A DNA stretch of 64,000 bases from an uncultured Actinomycetes bacterium. GTDB taxonomy: Bacteria; Actinomycetota; Thermoleophilia; RBG-16-64-13. Both the position numbers and the translations under genes were made by a program. Shown here in pieces: positions 9,886 to 16,998 of the stretch. The stretch spans positions 608,001-672,000 of the forward strand of contig CAWJDT010000001.1 of NCBI GenBank assembly GCA_963841735.1. Direction: 5' to 3'. Under the pieces are notes generated by a model, which saw only the letters and a program-made list of their open reading frames with translations, did no database searches and had not been told where the DNA came from. Positions within the stretch are counted from its first letter, which is position 1. Each line of letters begins with the position of its first letter.

Positions 9886-12800
9886 CTAAGCCCTGGCCAC
9901 CTCGATCATCACCGACAGCCCGTTCACCTTCAGCGACTCACGGTAGGTGCCGGACGGCGCGTCGCCCGGCGCCGCCGGGTCACCGTCGTCGTCGCCCGAT
10001 GCCGCCGGGCCGTCGCCGGTCTCACTCATTTCCAAGCTCAGCGCCAGCGTCTCCTTCTGCACCCACTCTCCGTGAACGGTCAGCATCTCAGCGACCTCGG
10101 GCGGTCCGATCAAGCGCACGTTGATACGGTCGTCAATCTGAAACTCGGCAGCTTTGCGAGTGTTTTGGATGTGATGCACCAGCTCCCGGGCCAGACCTTC
10201 GCGCACCAACTCCGGCGACAGCACAGTCGAGAGGGCAACTGCCACTCCACCTTCGCGCTCCACCTTGTACCCCTCGCGCTCGTGGGTCTCGACGGCGAAG
10301 TCCTCGGGAGTGAACTCGTACTCATGGCCGTCCACCACCACCGGCACCGAGCGACCGCCGGCCAGGAGGTCGCCGGTCTCGTCGGCGGGTAGAGCCTCCA
10401 CCGCCTGAGCCACCGCCGGCATGTTCTTGCCGAACTTGGGTCCCAGAGTCCGGTAGTTGGGCTTGACGACGTAGCTCACCAACTCGCTCGCCGACTCCAC
10501 GTACTCGACACCCTTGACGTTGAGCTCCTCGGACACTACGGCGGAGAGACTCTCCACGGCGGCGCGTTCCCTCTCAGTGCAGGCCACCACGACCTTCTCC
10601 ACCGGCTGGCGCGTCTTGATCTGCGCCGCGTTACGGGCGGCGCGCCCAAGGTTGACCACTCTGCGGGCGACAGCCATGCGGAACGAAAGATCCTCGTCCA
10701 TGAGGGCTTCGTCGGCGATGGGCCAATCGCACAGATGCACCGATACCGGCGCATATTTAGGCTGCTGAAAAACGGAGTCCCGGCCACCAGAACACCCTGT
10801 GCGGCGCGATACGTCGTCCTCAGTCGCGGCAATAGCGCTGCTATTGCCGCTCCCTGCGTCCTTGTCTTGCGCGTGCCCATCGTGCCCTGGCGGCGAAACG
10901 CCGTCTTCCAGCAGCCTCCCAGGGGAACGTTCAGCCACCAGATTTTGATAAAGCTCTTCAGCCAGAAACGGCGTAAAAGGTGCGAGCAACTTGCTGAGGG
11001 TCGCCAGGCACTCGTTCAGGGTGAGGTAGGCGGCGATCTTGTCGGCGTCGGCCTCACTTTTCCAGAAGCGCCGGCGGCTGCGGCGCACATACCAGTTGGA
11101 CAGCTCGTCCACGAAGTCGGCGATGGCCCGGCCGGCCGAGAACGCGTCGTACTGGTCGAGCTCGTCGGTGACCTTCTGCACCAGCAGATGAAGGTCGCCC
11201 AGTATCCAGCGGTCCATGAGCGTGCGGTCGTCCACCGGCACCTGGTGCTGAGCCGGGTCGAAGCCGTCGATATTGGCGTAGAGCGTGTAAAAGGAATAGG
11301 TGTTCCAGAGGGTGAGGATGAACTTGCGGATCACCTCGTCGACGTTCTCCGGCCCGAACCGGCGCGCGAACCAGGGAGAACTCACCGTGAACAGGTACCA
11401 GCGCAACGCGTCGGCGCCCTGCTTGTCCAAGATGCTCCAAGGATCGACCACGTTACCCAGGCGCTTGGACATCTTACGACCGTCATTGTCCAAGATGTGC
11501 CCCAAGCAGAGCACGTTGCGGTAGCAGGTCTGGCCGGTCAGCAAAGCGCTGATGGCCAGCAGGCTGTAGAACCATCCCCGGGTCTGGTCGATAGCCTCGC
11601 AGATGAAGTCGGCAGGGAAGCGCCGCTCCCACAGTTCACGGTTCTCGAAGGGGTAGTGCCACTGCGCCACCGGCATTGCTCCTGAGTCGAACCAGGCGTC
11701 TATGACCGAGGCCAGCCGAGTCGCGGTCGCGCCGCACTCCGGGCAGGCGAAGGTGACCTCGTCAACATAGGGCCGGTGCAGCTCCAGGGCGGAGAGATCG
11801 CGGCCGGCCTTCTCGCTAAGCTCCGCCCGCGAGCCGATCACCGTGTCGTGCCCGTTCTCGCACCGCCACACCGGCAGCGGCGTGCCCCAATAGCGGTCGC
11901 GCGACAGCGACCAGTCGATGTTGTTTTCCAGCCACTTGCCAAAGCGACCGTGCTTGAGGTGTTCGGGATACCAGGTCACCTCTTCGTTGGCGGCCAGCAC
12001 CTCGTCCTTGCGGGCGGTGGTGCGCACATACCACGAAGACTTGGCGTAGTAGATAAGAGGCGTGTCGCAGCGCCAGCAATGCGGATAGTTGTGCTCGTAG
12101 GGCCGGCGGGCAAACAGCAGCCCCCGCGACTCCAGTTCGTCCATGATGCCGGCGTCGGCGTCTTTGACGAACACCCCGGCCCAGGGCGTGATCTCCGCCG
12201 TGAACCGACCTTCCAAGTCCACCGGCATTATCACCGGGAGGTCGTTGGCCTGCCCAACCAGCATGTCGTCGGCACCGAATGCGGGCGCGATGTGAACGAT
12301 GCCGGTGCCCTCGTCGGTGGCCACATACTCGGCGGCGACAACGCGCCAGGCAGGCTTGTCAGGAGTGACGAAGTCGTAAGGCGCCTTGTATTCGCGGCCC
12401 ACCAGGTGCGAACCCGAGAAGGTCTCTTCGACCACGGCTTCCGGCCCCAGGACGGCGGCCACCAAGTCGGCGGCCAGTATCAGATGCTCGTCGCCCAGCC
12501 GCGCCTTCGCGTACTCGATGTCGGCGCCCACGGCCGCGGCCACGTTGGAGATCAGGGTCCAAGGCGTAGTGGTCCATACCAGCAGGCTGAGGGACTCTCC
12601 GGCCGTGACCAGGGGGAAGCGTACGAACACCGAGGGGTCGGTGACCATCACGTACCCTGCGGCCACCTCGTGCGACGACAGCGCCGTACCGCAACGCGGG
12701 CAATAGGGCACCACTTTGTAGCCCTCGTAGAGCAGCCCCTGCTTTGAGAACTCGGAGAGGATCCACCAGACGGACTCGATGTACTCGTTGGTCATGGTCA

Positions 12801-13254
12801 TGTAGGGGTCGGATAGATCAAGCCACATGCCGATGCGCTCGGTCATGCGGTTCCAGTCGTCCACGTAGGCGGTCACCGATTCCCGGCACTGGCGGTTGAA
12901 CTCCGCCACACCGTATTCCTCGATCTGCTCCTTGTGGTCGAAACCCAGACGCTTCTCGATCTCCAGCTCTACGGGCAGCCCGTGACAGTCCCAGCCTGCC
13001 TTGCGCCCCACGTGGTACCCCTGCATGGTCTTGTAGCGTGGGTAGACGTCTTTGAACACCCGGGCCAGCACGTGGTGAACCCCAGGCTTGCCGTTGGCCG
13101 TGGGCGGGCCTTCGTAGAACACCCATTCCGGCCTGCCGGAGCGCTTCTCCATGCTCTGTTCAAAAATGCGCCGCTCTTTCCACCAACCAAGGATCCGCTC
13201 CTCCAGAGCGGGGAAGCTTTGTCCCGTATCCACTGCTCGATACCGGCCTGCCAT
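9886..13254 (-). CDS. ileS: Isoleucine--tRNA ligase (type 2)
   Basis: EGPPTANG.PGVHH, GWDCHGLPVE, WTTTPWTL, DQTRGWF and KMSKR motifs; AGGAGG RBS before ATG 13254; Ile T-box upstream. Confidence 0.97.
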   Translation of the reverse strand: MAGRYRAVDTGQSFPALEERILGWWKERRIFEQSMEKRSGRPEWVFYEGPPTANGKPGVHHVLARVFKDVYPRYKTMQGYHVGRKAGWDCHGLPVELEIEKRLGFDHKEQIEEYGVAEFNRQCRESVTAYVDDWNRMTERIGMWLDLSDPYMTMTNEYIESVWWILSEFSKQGLLYEGYKVVPYCPRCGTALSSHEVAAGYVMVTDPSVFVRFPLVTAGESLSLLVWTTTPWTLISNVAAAVGADIEYAKARLGDEHLILAADLVAAVLGPEAVVEETFSGSHLVGREYKAPYDFVTPDKPAWRVVAAEYVATDEGTGIVHIAPAFGADDMLVGQANDLPVIMPVDLEGRFTAEITPWAGVFVKDADAGIMDELESRGLLFARRPYEHNYPHCWRCDTPLIYYAKSSWYVRTTARKDEVLAANEEVTWYPEHLKHGRFGKWLENNIDWSLSRDRYWGTPLPVWRCENGHDTVIGSRAELSEKAGRDLSALELHRPYVDEVTFACPECGATATRLASVIDAWFDSGAMPVAQWHYPFENRELWERRFPADFICEAIDQTRGWFYSLLAISALLTGQTCYRNVLCLGHILDNDGRKMSKRLGNVVDPWSILDKQGADALRWYLFTVSSPWFARRFGPENVDEVIRKFILTLWNTYSFYTLYANIDGFDPAQHQVPVDDRTLMDRWILGDLHLLVQKVTDELDQYDAFSAGRAIADFVDELSNWYVRRSRRRFWKSEADADKIAAYLTLNECLATLSKLLAPFTPFLAEELYQNLVAERSPGRLLEDGVSPPGHDGHAQDKDAGSGNSSAIAATEDDVSRRTGCSGGRDSVFQQPKYAPVSVHLCDWPIADEALMDEDLSFRMAVARRVVNLGRAARNAAQIKTRQPVEKVVVACTERERAAVESLSAVVSEELNVKGVEYVESASELVSYVVKPNYRTLGPKFGKNMPAVAQAVEALPADETGDLLAGGRSVPVVVDGHEYEFTPEDFAVETHEREGYKVEREGGVAVALSTVLSPELVREGLARELVHHIQNTRKAAEFQIDDRINVRLIGPPEVAEMLTVHGEWVQKETLALSLEMSETGDGPAASGDDDGDPAAPGDAPSGTYRESLKVNGLSVMIEVARA
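10759..10917 (-). mobile_element. 159-bp palindromic MITE/RPE-like element inserted in frame in ileS (copy A)
   Basis: Terminal inverted repeats AGGCTGCTGAAAAACGG / CCGTCTTCCAGCAGCCT (15/17); central perfect hairpin GCGGCAATAGC-NNN-GCTATTGCCGC; exactly 53 codons; homologous to 13375-13533. Confidence 0.85.
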
Positions 13255-13345
13255 TGATCCTCCTAGTCGGTGAGGCCCACACACGGCGTCGCGCCCATCT
13301 CGGCGCCTACGCCGGCGCCGTCCTTCATGCGCCGCTTCTGCCCTA

Positions 13346-13618
13346 CAAAAACAAATACGCCCCGCCCCGCGCTACGCCTGCCAAAGGACGAGGCCTCGCC
13401 GCCAGGGCACGATGGCCGAGTGCGAGAGAAGGACGCAGGAAGCAAGCGTAGCAGAGCTACGGTCGCGACCGAGGACGCCCTATCGCGCCGACCAGTGCGT
13501 TCTGGTGGCCGAGGTTTCGTTCTTTGGCGGGTGCTCAACCTGCTGGTGTCACTCACCCGCGAGGTCGCCTGCTCCGCGACTGTTCTTCGCGGAACCGGAG
13601 CGCATAGGGACGGGACGT
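13346..13618 (-). terminator. T-box intrinsic terminator with a 238-nt loop
   Basis: 5' arm ACGUCCCGUCCC (13618-13607) pairs over 12 bp, with two G-U, with GGGGCGGGGCGU (13368-13357), followed by AUUUGUUUUU. Confidence 0.65.
13375..13533 (+). mobile_element. 159-bp palindromic element, copy B, in the ileS leader
   Basis: Ungapped manual alignment to copy A gives about 115/159 identical bases; own terminal inverted repeat (19/24); central CGTAGC-AGA-GCTACG hairpin. Confidence 0.85.
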
Positions 13619-13930
13619 TGCCCGCGGTACCACCCTACTTGGCCGCGCGCCGCCGCGCCGAAGGCGCTGCTGCGCTGCTGCCGGTGCCACCGCTCTTCCG
13701 CGGCGCCGCCCGGCGCGACCCACTCAGTGGACGCTCCAGCCCTTGCGGCTGCTACGTCCCCCTTCTGTGACGGGAAGGACCCGGCCGGATCTACTGAGAA
13801 GGGCCGCATAGGAACCCGTCCGTTCGACCGGCGGCTCGGGGATGATCTTCGGACACCGATTCCCGCCGGGCTCACACCATCCCCGGCTCGCTTGGGAGAA
13901 GAGCGACGCCTACTCGTTCCCGTCATCGCC
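13607..13930 (-). ncRNA. T-box riboswitch leader with Ile specifier
   Basis: Stem I start GCGAUGACGGGAACGAGUAG; AG box and distal loop AGCGAGCCGGGGAUGGUGUGAGCCCGG; specifier GAAG-AUC-A (AUC at 13846-13844); AGUA...CCCGUCA; T-box AAGUAGGGUGGUACCGCGG (13640-13622) then CGUCCC. Confidence 0.92.
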
Positions 13931-14410
13931 TTTGTGCTGAAGCAGTCTAGATGCCCCCCTGGGAAACTTCAAGCGGACCCGATTGAGCCGGTTCACCGCC
14001 CCGATGCGCACGGTCAGGGCCACGAGGGCTCCCCAGCGGCCGACTCCAAACCATGCTCTCCGTCCATTTCGCTCCACCGAGTCGACTATCCCCAAGATCT
14101 GGCCCGCCGGATGCTCGCCGTTCGCCACGGTAGTGTTGTCGCCTCGGAGCAGAAACAACTCGCCCCGCCTGCGCACCACCCGGTGCACAAGCAGACCGCC
14201 TCCCGGCATACCCCGGATGGCCACAACATCACCCAGATTAGGCTCCGACCCGACCAGCGGCCGCAACTGCACCACGTCTCCCGGCCGGATGAAGGGCAGC
14301 ATGCTGCGCCCATCTACCGGGAAGCGGACCTCCGCGCCCGATTCGAGGGTCGACTCTACCAGCGCGGCCAGAACCTGGCCCGAAGGCACCGCATCGCCGG
14401 GCGCGTTCAT
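13910..14410 (-). CDS. S24/S26-family serine peptidase without an N-terminal membrane anchor (candidate leader peptidase)
   Basis: GRSMLPFIRPGD (Ser), LLVHRVV (His) and LRGDN motifs; ATGA overlap with the upstream kinase-like gene. Confidence 0.85.
   Translation of the reverse strand: MNAPGDAVPSGQVLAALVESTLESGAEVRFPVDGRSMLPFIRPGDVVQLRPLVGSEPNLGDVVAIRGMPGGGLLVHRVVRRRGELFLLRGDNTTVANGEHPAGQILGIVDSVERNGRRAWFGVGRWGALVALTVRIGAVNRLNRVRLKFPRGASRLLQHKGDDGNE
13944..13972 (-). promoter_or_regulatory. Sigma-A-type promoter for the T-box/ileS transcript, inside the S24/S26 gene
   Basis: TTGAAG-N17-TAGACT ending about 14 nt before T-box stem I. Confidence 0.65.
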
Positions 14411-15390
14411 GCGGACGCGCCCGCCTCCGCCCAGGACCGGCCCATGAGCAGGTCCACCACCTCCGAATCAGCCCGGAAGCGCAGGTCGTAGCAAGGGAAG
14501 GTCTCCACCGCCCGGGCGCACGTCTCCAGCACGAGGTTGCCCCGCACCCGGTCGTACCAGGGGCAAGACACCACCGGCATAAGCCGGCGCATGGCCGTGC
14601 CGACAGGAAGCGACACCAGTTCAGTCTGGTCGGCCTTGACGAGGAAGAGCAGCGCCCCCAGCGGGGCGCAAACGTTCTGAGCCACGCCGGCGTCGCCGGG
14701 CCAGGGAGTTCCCCATATCTCGGCCTGCTTTCGTGCGCCCTCAGACTCTGAGATGCCGCCCGCCCCCTCCCCCCACATGATCACCCGATCGTCGCTCAGC
14801 AGATACTCGGTGTGCCCGGCCGCCATGAACAGCCGACAGAGCGTGGACTTGCCCGCTCCGGAGACGCCCGGAAACACTAGGGCCTTTCCTTGGATCACGG
14901 CAGCCGCCGCGTGCACGATCACCCCTCCTCGCAAGGCTAGGTGGTTCATCATCAGCAGCTGGTCGAGCGGATAGCGCACCGGGTCGGCAAGCTGCCCGGC
15001 CGGCGGCGGCGAAGAAGTCTCCTCCAGAGGAGCGTGAACCACCACCCGAGTTGTCTCGGAGTTAGACCTAGCAACCATGCTGAAGTTGCCCTCGCCGTCT
15101 CCAAAGAGATTGAGCCGGTAGCCTTCATCTTCGATCTGCGCCATCCACTCCCCGCCGGTGTCGAAATACTCGGGAGAGGGGTTGGCAGGAGCGGGATAAT
15201 CCAGCACCTCGATATCTATGGTCGAGGAATCGGGAGCGCGAGAGTCGGACGCGACCTGGAAGGGGAGATAGCAGGGGTCGCCCAGGTCGACCAGCTCAAG
15301 ATCAGAGCGGGCGCGCAGCTTGACGCCGGCGACGCTGAGCGTTCGGACGGCTAGGAACCCCACGACGAGCACGGAGAGATACCGCAGCAA
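14407..15390 (-). CDS. HPr kinase-related P-loop protein (ScmC-like)
   Basis: VHAAAA..GKALVFPGVSGAGKST, LLSDDRV and GTPWPG motifs; start uncertain (overlaps the precursor 3' end). Confidence 0.75.
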   Translation of the reverse strand: MLRYLSVLVVGFLAVRTLSVAGVKLRARSDLELVDLGDPCYLPFQVASDSRAPDSSTIDIEVLDYPAPANPSPEYFDTGGEWMAQIEDEGYRLNLFGDGEGNFSMVARSNSETTRVVVHAPLEETSSPPPAGQLADPVRYPLDQLLMMNHLALRGGVIVHAAAAVIQGKALVFPGVSGAGKSTLCRLFMAAGHTEYLLSDDRVIMWGEGAGGISESEGARKQAEIWGTPWPGDAGVAQNVCAPLGALLFLVKADQTELVSLPVGTAMRRLMPVVSCPWYDRVRGNLVLETCARAVETFPCYDLRFRADSEVVDLLMGRSWAEAGASA

Positions 15391-15563
15391 CCGCCCAGAG
15401 GGGCGACACCGGTACGGTTGATGCTGACCTGGCTCTTGCAGCCCACGCCGAGCACCTGGTCGGCCTCAAGCCCGATGCGACCCAACAGAGGCGGGCTGTA
15501 AGGCCTCCTGCCGGACTCTCGTCCGGGCGAATCCTGCTGGCGAGATGAACCATCAGCGTGCAT
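15351..15563 (-). CDS. Putative RiPP precursor peptide, 70 aa, Cys-rich core
   Basis: GGAGG 6 nt before ATG 15563, overlapping the rSAM stop; MHADGSSRQQDSPGRESGRRPYSPPLLGRIGLEADQVLGVGCKSQVSINRTGVAPLGGCCGISPCSSWGS; YxxPxL leader motif. Confidence 0.8.
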   Translation of the reverse strand: MHADGSSRQQDSPGRESGRRPYSPPLLGRIGLEADQVLGVGCKSQVSINRTGVAPLGGCCGISPCSSWGS

Positions 15564-16671
15564 ACTCGACCTCCGGTCTCTTCCGCACGACCGTCCGATA
15601 CCTGGTCTCTCCCAACTTGCACACATACCTTGCCGGTTCGCTTGGAGAGCCCTGCTCAAGCGCGAACAACGCAGGACAGTAGCCGCATACCCGAAGGTGG
15701 GGACAATCGGCGCATTCGTCCACCTTATCCGATGTCACCTGGTCGGTCGCGGTCACCACCGAACCCCAAGCCTCGGCGAAACCTAGGCTGCCCACATTGT
15801 ACCCCAGGTCCCGACTCATCAGACATGGACGCATGATCCCCTGCGGATCAAGGTGGAATCCCACCGCCCCGGCCCCACAGCGGTACAGGCGGCCGTTGGA
15901 CGTGTCCTTCGACATACAGGGACCGCCGTGGCCCTCTAGAAATTCCGCGGTTTTTGCCCGGCGCCCGGGACTCCTCAACTCCGCCGCCACCGCCTGATCG
16001 GGCTCGACCCGCTGAGTTAGAGGGGCACGGTTACCGTCCAAGCGCGGTGTGACCAGAGGATCCAGCCTGAAGCGCAGACCTAACTGCTCGGCGAAGGCCT
16101 CCATGGCGGGAACATCCTCGACGTTCTCCTTGAGGATCATCGTCTTCAGACCCACCCTGACCCCGCGCTCCAGCATCTTCTCGATCCTCCGCTGCACCCG
16201 CAGATACGCGTTGGCGACCCGGGTGACCCTTTGATAGGTCACCTCGCTCGCTCCGTAGAGGCTCACTTCCACAAGGTGAGGCGGGTACTCGGCGAAAACC
16301 TCGAGGTGGGCCGGCCCAACCAGACTCCCATTGGTGTAGACCGTGATGACGAATCCCATCTGGGCCGCCGCTGCGTATATGTCGACGAAGTCATCACGCA
16401 AAAGAGGCTCGCCGCCGGAGAGCAGCAGAAATAGGCAGCCCTTCTCGGCGGCCGCGGCCAGCATGGTGAGAATCTCGCCCTTGCTCAGTTCGCCCGCCTG
16501 CGAGCAGGGTTGAGCGACTAAATGGGCCGCATAGCAGTGACGGCACCGGAAATTGCATCGATAGGTGAGATCGACCGCCCCGCTCACGGGCACGCGGTCC
16601 CGGTACGCCTTCCGGGCGATCAGATCCACGTATTCAGACGAACCCAGGTCTAGTTGAACACCGCAGTCCAC
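15553..16671 (-). CDS. Radical SAM enzyme with SPASM domain (peptide maturase type)
   Basis: CNFRCRHC, SGGEPLL; SPASM CGAG...G.MRPC...CADCPHLRVCGYCP...C. Confidence 0.92.
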   Translation of the reverse strand: MDCGVQLDLGSSEYVDLIARKAYRDRVPVSGAVDLTYRCNFRCRHCYAAHLVAQPCSQAGELSKGEILTMLAAAAEKGCLFLLLSGGEPLLRDDFVDIYAAAAQMGFVITVYTNGSLVGPAHLEVFAEYPPHLVEVSLYGASEVTYQRVTRVANAYLRVQRRIEKMLERGVRVGLKTMILKENVEDVPAMEAFAEQLGLRFRLDPLVTPRLDGNRAPLTQRVEPDQAVAAELRSPGRRAKTAEFLEGHGGPCMSKDTSNGRLYRCGAGAVGFHLDPQGIMRPCLMSRDLGYNVGSLGFAEAWGSVVTATDQVTSDKVDECADCPHLRVCGYCPALFALEQGSPSEPARYVCKLGETRYRTVVRKRPEVEYAR

Positions 16672-16673
16672 GT

Positions 16674-16985
16674 TCAGGCCTCCGCCGGTTGAGTAGCTTC
16701 TTCGACTAGACCCGCCTCTTGGAGTTGCTCGACGAAGGCCAGGGCATCGCTTCGAGCCTGTTCCTCTTCTACCTCAAACTCAGACACCAGACCGACCGCC
16801 AAATCGTCGAAGGAATGCCGGCCGTCCAGACGCTCCCAGATGAAACGCCCAGTCTCACTCAGCACGAACAACTCCTGCAGATCGGCAAGGCGGCCTCGGA
16901 TAGGCACCAGGAACACTTCCCCGGCCACCTGACGTTGCACCACGTCACCCACTCGACGAAGTAACGACTCTCCCACGAGACTCAC
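16674..16985 (-). CDS. PqqD-family RiPP recognition element (RRE)
   Basis: RQVAGEVFLVP, LSETGRFIWERLDG, EFEVEEEQARSDALAFVEQLQEAGLV; start uncertain. Confidence 0.9.
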   Translation of the reverse strand: MSLVGESLLRRVGDVVQRQVAGEVFLVPIRGRLADLQELFVLSETGRFIWERLDGRHSFDDLAVGLVSEFEVEEEQARSDALAFVEQLQEAGLVEEATQPAEA

Positions 16986-16998
16986 CAGCTCCGGCGCT

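Noticed and set aside
10759-10917. IleRS insertion as an intein or intron
   Set aside because: Only 53 aa, no Cys/Ser start or His-Asn end, and no group I/II intron features; it is explained by the DNA palindrome
13270-13770. 166-aa plus-strand ORF with peptide similarity to part of IleRS
   Set aside because: The similarity comes only from element copy B; the ORF is antisense to the T-box leader and has no other support
15351-15563. Lasso peptide or PQQ precursor
   Set aside because: No acidic residue in the core and no lasso cyclase; no ExxxY motif or pqqB/pqqC genes
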